A DNA stretch of 60,522 bases, filler included, from 9 parts of 9 records of this genome joined end to end with filler, not necessarily neighbours in it; one strand, 5' to 3'. Positions 9,100-19,246 are shown, counted from the whole stretch's first letter. Numbers and translations are program-made. Notes: generated by a model from the letters alone, not told the origin.

Positions 9100-9255
9100 C
9101 CGCCCCGAAACGGGTCCGAACGATCTCCTCTGGAAGAAGCAGGGCGACCGTTGAACCTCGTGGACCTCGGAAACAACTATCCCCCCGGAACGGGCTGTCC
9201 TTGAACCGTCTCGGCACAGAACGCACCCCGGGGGGATCTTTCGCGGAAAGGGCGG
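9100..9255. ncRNA. Candidate structured RNA, family not recognised
   Basis: Nested stems CCGCCC/GGGCGG and ATCCCCCCGG/CCGGGGGGAT; GGGC-N5-TTGAACC repeated 50 nt apart. Confidence 0.3.
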
Positions 9256-9294
9256 CCGCTTGTATGCGATGCAGATGGAAGGCCAAGCAGAAGC

Positions 9295-9783
9295 TTAGTC
9301 TTCGTCCTGCTCCTGTTCTTCTTGCTCTTCCCCTTCGGCCTGCTCCGGAACCACCACGACATTCACCATTGCTTTGACGTCGTCGGTGAACTTCAGGGTC
9401 ACCTCGTGGGCGCCGACCTGCTTGATGTGTTCGGACAGCTTGACCACGTCGTCGGCCACTTCGAACCCTTGCTCTCTCAGGTTGGCCCCGATCATCTTTT
9501 CGGTAATCGAGCCGAACAGGACGCCGTGCTCGTTGGCCTTGGCGGCCAGCACCGCTTCGGCACCGTCGACGGCCTTGGCGGCCACTTCCAGATGCTTGCG
9601 CTCTTTCAGACGCTCCTCCGCTCGGTGCGCCTTCTCCTGGGCGATCGACCGGATGTTTCCTTCGGTAGCCACTTTGGCCAGCCCCTGCGGGAGCAGGTAG
9701 TTCCTCGCATATCCTTCAGTGACGTCAACGACATCCCCGAGCCACCCCAGTTTCCTGATATCTTCGCAAAGCAAGACTTTCAT
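9295..9783 (-). CDS. rplI: 50S ribosomal protein L9
   Basis: MKVLLCEDIRKLG..GDVVDVTEGYARNYLLPQGLA; GVLFGSI. Confidence 0.97.
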   Translation of the reverse strand: MKVLLCEDIRKLGWLGDVVDVTEGYARNYLLPQGLAKVATEGNIRSIAQEKAHRAEERLKERKHLEVAAKAVDGAEAVLAAKANEHGVLFGSITEKMIGANLREQGFEVADDVVKLSEHIKQVGAHEVTLKFTDDVKAMVNVVVVPEQAEGEEQEEQEQDED

Positions 9784-9847
9784 TTTTCGTACCTCGTAAC
9801 CGTTCTGGCAGAATCACTCGTCCTCAAACGCGATACTCGCGGCTTGC

Positions 9848-10111
9848 CTATGTGGAATAGGGCAGCAGGGCCATGAACCGAGCCCGTTTGATCGCTCGCT
9901 TGGCCTTTCTCTGACAACCCGCACAATTGCCACTGCGCTTGCGTGAGTAGATCTTGCCGCGATTCGTCAGCAGCTTCTGCAGCGTATCGATGTCCTTGTA
10001 GTCCACATACTTGATCCCGCCGCGACAGAAGCGGCACTGGGTCTGATCACGCGCTCCGGCAAATCCCGGTCGTCGTCGTCGTCCTTTTTGTTGTTGTTGT
10101 CGTGGTGGCAT
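9848..10111 (-). CDS. rpsR: 30S ribosomal protein S18 (Zn-binding C+ type)
   Basis: CRFC...DYKDIDTL...GKI...SGNCAGCQR...AIKRARFMALLPY. Confidence 0.95.
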   Translation of the reverse strand: MPPRQQQQKGRRRRPGFAGARDQTQCRFCRGGIKYVDYKDIDTLQKLLTNRGKIYSRKRSGNCAGCQRKAKRAIKRARFMALLPYST

Positions 10112-10160
10112 GTTTTACCTCATTACCCGCAATATAAGCTGAAATTCCAATGTGCGAACG

Positions 10161-10595
10161 CTAGAATGGTATGTCGTCGTCAGGGACACGATTATCGGGC
10201 GGTCCCTGAGGCGCCCCTCGGTCGGCCGGATAACCACCCTGATCCCTGGCTCCAGACCCCCCGCCCGTATTGGGCAGGAACTGGAAATTCTCCACCGTGA
10301 CCCGATGGCGGCTCTTTTTGGTCCCGTCCTGGGCCGTCCACGTGTCGTAGGTCAACCGACCCTCCAGAAAGATCGGCTTACCCTTGCTGAAGAACTTGTT
10401 GATGTTCTCGGCCATGCGTCCAAAGGCGCGACAGTCTACGAAACACGTTTCATCGCGCTGACTTCCATCCGGGCCCTTCCATTTGCGATTGGTCGCCAAA
10501 CCGAAATCGACCACCGCTGTCTGACTCGGCGTATACGAAAGCTGTGGATCTCGAGTCAGGTTGCCCATCAACAGCACTTTGTTAAAGCTAGCCAT
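10161..10595 (-). CDS. ssb: Single-stranded DNA-binding protein
   Basis: NKVLLMGNLTRDP; C-terminal DDDIPF. Confidence 0.97.
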   Translation of the reverse strand: MASFNKVLLMGNLTRDPQLSYTPSQTAVVDFGLATNRKWKGPDGSQRDETCFVDCRAFGRMAENINKFFSKGKPIFLEGRLTYDTWTAQDGTKKSRHRVTVENFQFLPNTGGGSGARDQGGYPADRGAPQGPPDNRVPDDDIPF

Positions 10596-10688
10596 CCTTC
10601 ACACTCTCCGTAAGATCGTGGCCTTGTCGTTCGTCCTGTCTTGTCGAAACGGCACCCTGTGGGCCCCGCTCACACAAGCAAAGCCCGC

Positions 10689-11276
10689 CTAGTCAGCCGC
10701 CTTTTCCGTTTCCTCGGCTTCGGCCTTAGGCTCAGCTTCGGCTTCTACCTCGGCTGGCGCCGCGGCCTCAGTGGCCGGCTCGGAAGGGCCGTCACCGGAC
10801 GGGTCGGGCTCGCTAGCCACCGGAGCCGCGGCCGGAGCCGGCTCGGCTGCCGGGGCCGTAGGTGCTGGCGCTGGTGCTGGTGCCGGCGCTGCCGCGGGGG
10901 GCGTCGGGGCCGCCGCTTCCGCAGGCTTGGCTTCCGGCTCGCCTTTGACGTCCGCCTCAAGCATCGCGGCGGGGCGCTTCTCCGTCCCCAGGACCAGAAC
11001 ACGCATTACCTTTTCCGACAGCAATACGTCCTTCTCGATCCCGGCAATGCGCTCCCCGGAGGCATTGAAGTAGCATAGGATGTACGTGCCGCGGGTCTTG
11101 TGGTCGATGTCGTAGGCGAGCTTGCGCTCCTGCCATTTTCGCATCGAGACGACCTCGGCATCCGCGCGCTGCAGGATGTTGGTAATGACGGAGAGCGTGC
11201 CCTCCCAATCCGCCGCGGCTTGGGCGGAGTCCACCAGGAACATCCCTTCGTATAACCGCTTCACAACCGTTTCCAA
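10689..11276 (-). CDS. rpsF: 30S ribosomal protein S6 with long Ala/Pro/Glu C-terminal tail
   Basis: YEGMFLV...WQERKLAYDI...GTY...VMRVL; rpsF-ssb-rpsR order; TTG start after AGGAGG. Confidence 0.93.
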   Translation of the reverse strand: METVVKRLYEGMFLVDSAQAAADWEGTLSVITNILQRADAEVVSMRKWQERKLAYDIDHKTRGTYILCYFNASGERIAGIEKDVLLSEKVMRVLVLGTEKRPAAMLEADVKGEPEAKPAEAAAPTPPAAAPAPAPAPAPTAPAAEPAPAAAPVASEPDPSGDGPSEPATEAAAPAEVEAEAEPKAEAEETEKAAD

Positions 11277-11353
11277 ACCTGTTACCTCCTGATCACAAAC
11301 AGCAATCGTCAAAATCTCTGCTCAGTTCAAACAACCGCAACCATTCCGTGTCT

Positions 11354-11929
11354 TCAGGTCTGGCTGCTGTTAAAATCGTTCATCGTCCTGGCGATATCGG
11401 CTCCGAGCCAACACTGCACGGCGTCGCGGGCTCGGAGAATCGCCTCGTTCAACAACGGCTTCTCCTCGTCACGCGGCCGACCCAGCACATAGTCTATCGC
11501 CTGGGGCCCGGGACACCGGCCAATGCCCACGCGACAGCGGGCAAACTCGTTACTGCCGAGCTTGGCGATGATATCCGCCAACCCGTTGTGCCCGCCGGCC
11601 GAGCCTTTGGCTCGCACGCGAATCGCACCGGGCTCAAGGGCCAGATCATCGGTCACGACCATCAAATCAGTCAGATCGAGCTTGTAAAACCCAACCGCCG
11701 TGGCGACGGCCTGACCGCTGCGATTCATGTACTGCCACGGTTTCATCAGCATCACCTTGTGCCCCTGGCAGAACCCTTCGCCAATCCGGGCACCAAACTT
11801 CTGCTGTCGCACGGCGATCCCGAGCGCGTCGTTCAGAGCCTCAATCACTTTGAATCCCAGGTTATGCCGCGTCTCAGCATACTCGGGTCCTGGATTTCCC
11901 AGGCCGACGACAAGTTTCATTTCAGCCAT
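11354..11929 (-). CDS. pth: Peptidyl-tRNA hydrolase
   Basis: LVVGLGNPG..YAETRHNLGF, KPWQYMNRSG and GSAGGHNGL motifs. Confidence 0.97.
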   Translation of the reverse strand: MAEMKLVVGLGNPGPEYAETRHNLGFKVIEALNDALGIAVRQQKFGARIGEGFCQGHKVMLMKPWQYMNRSGQAVATAVGFYKLDLTDLMVVTDDLALEPGAIRVRAKGSAGGHNGLADIIAKLGSNEFARCRVGIGRCPGPQAIDYVLGRPRDEEKPLLNEAILRARDAVQCWLGADIARTMNDFNSSQT

Positions 11930-11965
11930 CAACTCCGGTCCGGCACGGCGCTCGCCATCGTATTC

Positions 11966-12482
11966 CTAAGCATCCTCGCCTTCAGCCTCTTCCTTCTTCT
12001 CACCAATGACTTCCGGTGCCGTCGGGGCCTCCTCTTCCAGCTCTTCGGTCGTCTTGGCGGCCGCCACCAAATGGCAGGTCACCAGGATGGTCTCCGGAGA
12101 ACTGGCCAAAGTCACACCCTCGGGCAGCTTGACGTCGCCCGCATGGAGGACATCTCCGACCCCCACTTCCTTCACCGACACCAGGATCGTTTCAGGCATG
12201 TTGGTCACCACACACTCGACCTCGATCCGGTCGGCGTGTTCCTCGATAATGCCGCCTTCGTGCGTGCCCTGGGCGGTCCCCTTGAGTTCGATCGGAATTG
12301 TGACGCGCACGGTTTCCGTGACATCGACACGCATCAGATCGACATGCACGACATCCCGGCCCAGGTAATCGTACTGCAGGTCCTTCAGAATTATCTTCTG
12401 GGTTTTGCCCCCGATCGCGATGTCCATCAGGCGATGTCCATGATGCAACCCTTTGGCGAACTCGTGGGCGTTCAAGGAAATG
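11966..12482 (-). CDS. rplY: 50S ribosomal protein L25 / Ctc (5' truncated)
   Basis: KDLQYD..HVDLMRV, GTHEGG, long TL5-type C-terminal domain; directly upstream of pth. Confidence 0.92.
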
Positions 12483-12582
12483 NNNNNNNNNNNNNNNNNN
12501 NNNNNNNNNNNNNNNNNNNNNNNNNNTTAATTAATTAANNNNNNNNNNNNNNNNNNNNNNNNNNNNNNNNNNNNNNNNNNNN
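12483..12582. other. Artificial contig linker
   Basis: N-run / TTAATTAATTAA / N-run. Confidence 0.99.
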
Positions 12583-12583
12583 T

Positions 12584-13477
12584 TCTGACAGTGACAATCT
12601 TTCTGACACAAAAATGTTTACACTAAATATTGAAAACACCAATGATAAGCCTGTTATACACTTTGAAGATTCCATTACAGCATTTGAAGACAGCACTTTT
12701 AGCTACACCTTAAAGGCTGAAGATTTCGACAAAGATTCATTAATGTTTTCATTTAGTGGATTACCGCAATGGCTTTCGTTCCGGGTACTTTCAAAATATA
12801 TGGTAGAAATTTTTGGAACACCTCTTCAAAGCGATGTTGGCAACAACAACATTACCGTTGCAATCTCAGACAACAAAGAATCGATTGAAGAAGCACTGAT
12901 ATTAGAAGTTATTGAAACCAATGATCCGTTGTACCAGCAAACCCAAATTGATACAATCTTTGCAAAAGCTGGAGGCGACGCTGTTAGCCTTGTTTTAAAT
13001 GACTTTTTTGCCGACGATGACCCGAATGCCAATCTGGATTTTGATATACTGGAGAACAGCAACGCTGCTGTTGCAACCTCGACAATAAACAATGGAATAC
13101 TTGAAATTGGTTTCGACAATACCGAACTCGGCACAACTAATATCGTTTTAGAGGTTAGCTCACAGGGCGATACTCTTAACACTACAATAGTAGTTATTGT
13201 TGACTCAAAAGTTGGAATTATGGATTTTGATCAAAACATTGAATTTGCAGTATATCCAAATCCGATTGCCGATAAGTTTACCGTAAAATTTAGTGATGGT
13301 AATTCAAAATGGAGCGTTCAGGCCCTTAATCTTTCAGGGCAGATAATATTCCATAAAAATATAGTTGAACGAAATGAAATTATATTGAATGCTACAATTT
13401 TCCCGTCTCAAGGAACATATTTAATAAGAGCATTTTCAGATGAAACGATAAAAACACAAAAAGTTGTTATTTACTAA
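12584..13477 (+). CDS. T9SS type A CTD protein with cadherin/Ig-like repeats (5' truncated)
   Basis: NDKP...LPQWLSF...GTP Ig/cadherin-like modules; VYPNP...NLSGQ...GTYLI...KVVI Por secretion tail; frame open to the contig edge. Confidence 0.85.
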   Translation, partial: SDSDNLSDTKMFTLNIENTNDKPVIHFEDSITAFEDSTFSYTLKAEDFDKDSLMFSFSGLPQWLSFRVLSKYMVEIFGTPLQSDVGNNNITVAISDNKESIEEALILEVIETNDPLYQQTQIDTIFAKAGGDAVSLVLNDFFADDDPNANLDFDILENSNAAVATSTINNGILEIGFDNTELGTTNIVLEVSSQGDTLNTTIVVIVDSKVGIMDFDQNIEFAVYPNPIADKFTVKFSDGNSKWSVQALNLSGQIIFHKNIVERNEIILNATIFPSQGTYLIRAFSDETIKTQKVVIY

Positions 13478-13496
13478 CGCCAAAGGAATAAGTTTC

Positions 13497-13532
13497 TTAC
13501 CCCTGGTCTTTTCAGATCGGGGGTAATTCTTA
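13497..13532 (+). terminator. Intrinsic terminator
   Basis: TTACCCCTGGTCT-TTTC-AGATCGGGGGTAA hairpin followed by T-rich sequence, 20 nt after the stop. Confidence 0.7.
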
Positions 13533-13759
13533 TGATTACTGCAATTCTAAGATCGTCTATTTTGCGAGGAGATTAATTCTGTTAAACATGGCATATTACT
13601 AAAAACAAGCAAACCTATTTTTATGGGCATTGCATTTAATCGGTTAATACCATAAAGATTCTGAAGCAAAGCAACGAAACTCATTATTCTTCTCAGGCTT
13701 CAGATCAAAATGCTTTCGAAACTATAATTAACTATTCTTATTAGAAAAACCATTTGAAA

Positions 13760-14350
13760 TTATTTCTTTTTCAGTTCCATCCTTGTTCGGTGCAACTCCA
13801 TATTTATTTTTGTATACCGATCAAGAGCACTTTTTTTATGTGCTTCATACTCTTCTTTTAACTCATCATAATCTTTCTTGGTTTTTCGGGTAACAGTTAT
13901 ACTCCTTTTATAAAGCAGAAAAACAAAACCTGCCAGCGCCAAAACGGCAATTATAAACAAGTACATACCAATAGAGTAAACATTTTTATTGATTGCCAGA
14001 CCAAAAACAACAATTGAATTCTGCAATTTTAAACTCTCATCCAACTCTGTCTGAACGCTTGTTATTTTTGCATCGCGTGTATTTATTTCTCCTCTCAGCT
14101 TCGTAATTTCACCGTCCTTAGCTGAAACAGCTTTTTCCAACAACAATATGCTATCGTTTAAAGCTCCATAAAAATCATTCAGTTGGTCTTCTTTTAAAAA
14201 GTAAGATCCGTTCCAGAAATTAAGGTTCTGTTTAAAAACCTCATATTGTTGCTCCATTGAAGGTTCTTGTTTCCAGGCATTAATATCTTTTTTAGCAAAG
14301 GCAGTCCATACTAATAAAAGTAAAAGGAGAAATGTGGTTATCTTTTTCAT
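13760..14350 (-). CDS. Hypothetical membrane protein (signal peptide, coiled coil, single TM helix)
   Basis: 196-aa ORF with coherent secreted/TM architecture. Confidence 0.8.
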   Translation of the reverse strand: MKKITTFLLLLLLVWTAFAKKDINAWKQEPSMEQQYEVFKQNLNFWNGSYFLKEDQLNDFYGALNDSILLLEKAVSAKDGEITKLRGEINTRDAKITSVQTELDESLKLQNSIVVFGLAINKNVYSIGMYLFIIAVLALAGFVFLLYKRSITVTRKTKKDYDELKEEYEAHKKSALDRYTKINMELHRTRMELKKK

Positions 14351-14565
14351 AACAAACTTTTATATCTTTTTAATTCATTCTATTTGAGATCGCACAGCGT
14401 TAAAACATGATACACTACATTTGCATCTCTTTTAAACAACCTACTAACGTTTAAATAATCCCCTTGTTATTTCAATCCCAAAAAATATAAGGGTTTTTAG
14501 TTCTCTTGCCTATTGAATGGCAAATTTATCCGGGCTAAATATACTTATCTTTCAATAGTTGAATC

Positions 14566-15225
14566 TTAAATCGCGCTACTTTTTATTTGCCTGACATTTA
14601 AAATTGCTACTGTTATTAAAATATGTGCAAGATAATAAGTGGGCAAAATCAAAAAATTCAAGGTTTGATGTGGCGTAAATTCATGAAAAGCAATTATAGT
14701 ATCAGATGCCAATACAAGCAATATAGCTCCGAAAAAGAAACCGTTTGACCAGTAGTTTAACTGAATACCAGCAGCTGCTCCTGCCGAAAAACACGATACT
14801 AACAAATAAAGCAAGACCGCAACCTTTAATACCGGCACATCAATTAGCGGATAAAGCACAACTCCAAAAAACAATAAGTAGGCTGCAAGTAATACGACAG
14901 TAAACCATTTATTCGTTTTTCCATTAGTAAGGGCAAAAAGCAAATAACCAAGATGTGCAAAAAAGTACAGGCCAATCCCCAAAGCAAACCGAATAAAACT
15001 GTCGCCTTTAAACGAAAGAAACCAATCGCCTGCAGCCGAAAATACCAAGGCCGAAATAATAAACCAAACAGACTTAACACTTTCTTTTTTGATCATTAAA
15101 AGTATAAGTGCACAGCTTAGCGGGACTCCTGCTTTAAATAAAAATCCAGCTCCTTTAACAGCCAATACTGCTATTAAAACCGGAATAAGAAGCAATAAAA
15201 ATTGAGTTTTGATTTTAAAGGACAT
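14566..15225 (-). CDS. YhhN / lysoplasmalogenase-family membrane protein
   Basis: FSAAGDWFL, GIGLYFFAH, ASDTIIA and TYYLAH conserved motifs. Confidence 0.85.
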   Translation of the reverse strand: MSFKIKTQFLLLLIPVLIAVLAVKGAGFLFKAGVPLSCALILLMIKKESVKSVWFIISALVFSAAGDWFLSFKGDSFIRFALGIGLYFFAHLGYLLFALTNGKTNKWFTVVLLAAYLLFFGVVLYPLIDVPVLKVAVLLYLLVSCFSAGAAAGIQLNYWSNGFFFGAILLVLASDTIIAFHEFTPHQTLNFLILPTYYLAHILITVAILNVRQIKSSAI

Positions 15226-15329
15226 ATTATCAGAATCTTATCCAACTGTGAAGTTATCTATTTTCAAGCAATATTACTTGACAAATATGAACGAATACGA
15301 TAACTTGCAATAAACCAAAAGCAACTACC

Positions 15330-16277
15330 ATGATTAGCTACACCCGACCGCTTTCGCAGGGATACCGAAGAATGGAAAAAGCTCTTTTTAAACCCTTTGA
15401 CATAAATAAGTGGTTCAGGATTGGATTTACAGCCTGGCTGGCTGGATTTACCGACTGCAACGGAAACAGTGGTGGAGGCAATTCTTCGGGCAACACTGCC
15501 GACTGGGATGAACTATTTAACTTCCCTCAGGAAGCCTGGGAATGGTTAACAAATAATCCCATATGGGCTAACCTTATTATTGTTGGGCTGGTTTTTCTTT
15601 TTCTTTTCATCAGCATATTGATTTGGTTAAGTGCACGCGGAAAATTTATGTTCCTGCACAACGTAATCCATAACAAAGCAGAAATTAGTGTTCCCTGGCA
15701 CGAATTCAGGAAAGAAGGTAATTCGCTTTTTGTTTTTGAATTCTTTTTAAGCTGGCTGGCCTGTGCCTGCTTTGTTTTGTTTTTTATCTACTGTTTTATC
15801 ACAGGTAAAAGTCTGTATGATACCGATGCTTCTAAAGCCTTAATTTTTGGAGCCATTGCTCAAATGGTACTTATCTTTATCGGCCTCCTCATCATTTTTG
15901 GGTACATCTCTCTTTTCCTTAAAGATTTTGTTGTTCCAATTATGTACAAGTACCGTATTGGAGTTCTTAAAGGTTGGGGCAAATTCTTGCGGGTATTAAA
16001 AAAACAACTCATTCATTTCATTCTTTACGGCTTGTTCATTTTTGTACTTGGGATTGCCGTTGGCATTGGTGTATTATTTTTAGCTCTTATAACTTGTTGT
16101 ATAGGCTTATTAATTATTGCCATCCCCTATATTGGATCGGTGGCACTTCTTCCGGTTAGCTATACTCTCAGGGCTTTTAGCATTGAATTCCTGGCCCAAT
16201 TTGGTAAAGAATATAATGTCTTTCCTGTTCTGCCCGAAAATGAAATAGATGGTTATTCAGGTGTAAACCACGATTAA
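15330..16277 (+). CDS. Uncharacterised multi-pass membrane protein
   Basis: 315-aa ORF with several TM helices, a Gly/Asn/Ser linker and a TCC motif. Confidence 0.8.
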   Translation: MISYTRPLSQGYRRMEKALFKPFDINKWFRIGFTAWLAGFTDCNGNSGGGNSSGNTADWDELFNFPQEAWEWLTNNPIWANLIIVGLVFLFLFISILIWLSARGKFMFLHNVIHNKAEISVPWHEFRKEGNSLFVFEFFLSWLACACFVLFFIYCFITGKSLYDTDASKALIFGAIAQMVLIFIGLLIIFGYISLFLKDFVVPIMYKYRIGVLKGWGKFLRVLKKQLIHFILYGLFIFVLGIAVGIGVLFLALITCCIGLLIIAIPYIGSVALLPVSYTLRAFSIEFLAQFGKEYNVFPVLPENEIDGYSGVNHD

Positions 16278-16287
16278 AATTAATAGT

Positions 16288-16581
16288 ATGAGTGTTTATT
16301 TTATTGCAAAAATTCAAATTACAGATGACGATAATTATACAAAATACCTTGATTCGGTTGACAAGATTTTCGAAAAATACAATGGAAAATACCTGGCCTT
16401 AGATGATGCTCCCATGTGCCTTGAAGGTTTTTGGGAAGATGCCCGTATGGTTTTAATTGAATTCCCTTCGAAAGAAGATTTTAAAGCCTGGTATTGTTCT
16501 CCAGAATATCAGAAGATTTTAAAACACCGGCTAAAAGGAGCTACCTGTAATTCAATATTAATTTCGGGAAAAGACAGTTAA
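16288..16581 (+). CDS. DUF1330-family protein
   Basis: YNGKYL...LEGFW...LIEFPSKEDFKAWYCSPEYQ pattern. Confidence 0.88.
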   Translation: MSVYFIAKIQITDDDNYTKYLDSVDKIFEKYNGKYLALDDAPMCLEGFWEDARMVLIEFPSKEDFKAWYCSPEYQKILKHRLKGATCNSILISGKDS

Positions 16582-16582
16582 T

Positions 16583-17872
16583 CTATTTATCGCGGAATAG
16601 ATGAACAAAGCCATGCTTAGTACGCTTTTTTCCATCTCGTCCACGGCCAACTGCAACGTAATAATACACTCCCGGACTGGCATATCGGCCACCAACCTTG
16701 CCATCCCAAACCGCTGCCGTTTTTACCGTATCCCATCCTCTGATATCGCCGCTTTTCCAGTAATGTACTCTTTTGCCCCAGCGGTTGTAGACATTGATCT
16801 CAATATTTTTCATCGACCAGAATTTTATTACAAATTCGTCGTTTTGCCCCGGACTAACACCCGGAGTAAATACATTAGGTGCTACAATCCAGGAGGTATC
16901 CACCACGATGTAATCTTCCAGGTATGCGGTATCGACACAAGTTAAAGTATCCGATAAATGTTTCGATACCAGTTTCACCATGTAGGTTCCCGAATTTTCA
17001 TAAGTATAAACCGGGGCATCATCGTAAGCTACAAAATCAATACTATCAACGGGATCTGTCCCCCCCTCACCTTCTTCTTTTATTTCATCAAGGTCGCGAT
17101 AAAAAAACCACTCGTAATAACCTTGGGTACCATTTTCCGAGTTATTACTAAAAACTACTTCCATAGGAGCTTCTCCGTCCATCGGATCTGCCGTAAATTT
17201 GGCTTTGGTAACAATTGATTCATAAAGAACAGTAGTTTGAGCTTCGCAATCGAATTTATCGTAAATCCTGAAAGAATAGTTGGTATTTTGTGTTGGGGGA
17301 TCATAAACCTGTAAGTATAAAAGCGACGAAACACGGGTTCCACTCTCAAGCCATTCGGTTTGCACATCTTTTATAACTTCTATTGGTGTATTATTGCTTA
17401 AATCGTAATAAGTTAAAACAGCACTTGAAAATTCAGCCTGCATTACAAAATAATCACAATTGGATTGGGTAACAGCCCCGTCAGCATAGTACCAGTTTGA
17501 AAACACCCACGCACGATCTACAACAGTAGTGGCTCCCTGCGAAATGCTTATCCGGTAACAACCATCTGCCAATCCGCTAATTTGTGATGTTTTATCATCA
17601 GTACTTTCCTGAAAAAAAAGCTCAAACGAAGCATTGTTTTCGTTGTACTTATCCCATACAAAAGTTTTGGTACCTTCCAAGTCTGTTGAGGCAAGTAATG
17701 TACCGTTTTGTGCCAACGAATCATTAGTACAAAAAATAAATATATCATCCGTTTCAGGGAAAACCGGGTAATTTGTTACATCACTACCATCGGCTGTTGG
17801 AGAGCTAATTTGGGCCTGTAAAAACCGGGTAAAAAATAGCAGGACAAATACAATAAAAAGACTTCGCTTCAT
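16583..17872 (-). CDS. PKD-domain protein with gliding-motility-associated (T9SS type B) C-terminal domain
   Basis: Signal peptide; FTADPMDGEAPMEVVFSN (PKD); APNVFTP...NDEF...YNRWG...WDG...GVYYY tail. Confidence 0.88.
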   Translation of the reverse strand: MKRSLFIVFVLLFFTRFLQAQISSPTADGSDVTNYPVFPETDDIFIFCTNDSLAQNGTLLASTDLEGTKTFVWDKYNENNASFELFFQESTDDKTSQISGLADGCYRISISQGATTVVDRAWVFSNWYYADGAVTQSNCDYFVMQAEFSSAVLTYYDLSNNTPIEVIKDVQTEWLESGTRVSSLLYLQVYDPPTQNTNYSFRIYDKFDCEAQTTVLYESIVTKAKFTADPMDGEAPMEVVFSNNSENGTQGYYEWFFYRDLDEIKEEGEGGTDPVDSIDFVAYDDAPVYTYENSGTYMVKLVSKHLSDTLTCVDTAYLEDYIVVDTSWIVAPNVFTPGVSPGQNDEFVIKFWSMKNIEINVYNRWGKRVHYWKSGDIRGWDTVKTAAVWDGKVGGRYASPGVYYYVAVGRGRDGKKRTKHGFVHLFRDK

Positions 17873-18186
17873 AAACTATTCTTCTTTGAGATACAATATT
17901 AACGTATAAATTTTATTTAATTGTCTGTTGGTAGCAAAAATAGTCAACACCATGCACTTTATTCAGGCTTTCATTAATTTGTTAATAAATGCAAGCAAAT
18001 TTAAGACGAATTACTTTTTACAAGGTGTATTTTTGCCAAACGAAAACACAATAGCCAACTGGTTGTTTTTATCATGTCTGGCACCAAAGATGTAGCTTAC
18101 CATAAGAAAGGCCTCCCAAAGTAAGAAAAGAAGAACATTTGGTGTCGTTCAGAATTTTATATTTGCAAAGCAAAAATTAAGAAAAA

Positions 18187-18540
18187 GTGTTCGATTATCT
18201 ACAAAATTTAAATGAACCTCAGCGAGAGGCGGTTTTACGAACCGAAGGTCCTGCATTAGTTATTGCAGGAGCAGGGTCGGGAAAAACCCGTGTTTTAACC
18301 TACCGAATTGCAAACTTGCTAAAACAAGGGGCCAAACCCTATAGCATTTTAGCGCTTACATTTACCAACAAAGCTGCCCGGGAAATGAAAGAACGTATTG
18401 CAGGAGTGGTTGGTGAAAACACCGCCCGTTACCTTTGGATGGGTACTTTTCACAGTATTTTTGCTCGCATTTTGCGCACCGAACACGAAACTTTGGGCTA
18501 CCCTTCCAACTTTACCATTTACGACAGTGCAGACAGTAAA
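18187..18540 (+). CDS. pcrA: UvrD/PcrA DNA helicase (partial)
   Basis: LNEPQREAV..GPALVIAGAGSGKTRVLTYRIA, ILALTFTNKAAREMKER, GTFHS. Confidence 0.92.
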
Positions 18541-18640
18541 NNNNNNNNNNNNNNNNNNNNNNNNNNNNNNNNNNNNNNNNNNNNTTAATTAATTAANNNN
18601 NNNNNNNNNNNNNNNNNNNNNNNNNNNNNNNNNNNNNNNN
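18541..18640. other. Artificial contig linker
   Basis: N-run / TTAATTAATTAA / N-run. Confidence 0.99.
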
Positions 18641-18761
18641 GCCCACTGGCAATCCAGTCGCCATAAACGATCTTTTTCCTGCCATAGGGCGACTCAAACT
18701 CTTTGTCGCTACCTACAATGTTAGTTCTGAATTTTTCAAAAAACTTTTCCAGTTTACTCAT
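18641..18761 (-). CDS. Class V PLP aminotransferase / cysteine desulfurase-like protein, N-terminus only
   Basis: Translated by hand: MSKLEKFFEKFRTNIVGSDKEFESPYGRKKIVYGDWIASG (Y-x-D-W-x-A-S-G motif). Confidence 0.75.
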
Positions 18762-18877
18762 AAAATATCACGTTTTTTAGAAAGACACAAAATAAGCGAG
18801 TTTGGAGGAATAATTTGAGGGAAAAAGTCATGAATTATTAACCGGGAATAAGAAGATCTCTTATCTAAAAGATCTTT

Positions 18878-19246
18878 CTACCTGATTCTTATCAATTCCC
18901 CTTCATCATAACCTGTAGTTAGTACCCTGGCATTTTTTAGCAGGTTTTTTCGAAGTATTCCTTCCGATTCCAGTTCCAGTAAAGTATTCTTGCTATATTC
19001 TACTACCAACTGCCAGGGTTTGTTCTGTATATTTTCAGGCAGTAACAAGTAGCGGTAATCCTGTTTTGGCATTTCCAGGTGTGCCCATTCATCATTATCT
19101 TCGGCATATTCAAATCCCCCGACCAGGTACATAACAAAACCCACGTCGCTTTGGTAGATTCCCAGATTAAAAACTACTACTTCAGCGGGAGGAATTCCAT
19201 CTTGTTTTTCAATTTCGTTAAGCCAGGTTACAATTTCTTTTTTCAT
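18878..19246 (-). CDS. Hypothetical protein
   Basis: 122-aa ORF with protein-like composition, divergent from htpG. Confidence 0.75.
   Translation of the reverse strand: MKKEIVTWLNEIEKQDGIPPAEVVVFNLGIYQSDVGFVMYLVGGFEYAEDNDEWAHLEMPKQDYRYLLLPENIQNKPWQLVVEYSKNTLLELESEGILRKNLLKNARVLTTGYDEGELIRIR

Noticed and set aside
9050-9160. FMN riboswitch (TCCTCAGGGCGG), SRP RNA (GGAAGAAGCAG) or TPP riboswitch (CCGTTGAACC) matches
   Set aside because: Only isolated words match; the other conserved elements of each family are absent.
17930-18000. DnaA-box-like words upstream of pcrA (and at 26040-26120)
   Set aside because: No perfect box, and an AT-rich background makes near-matches common.
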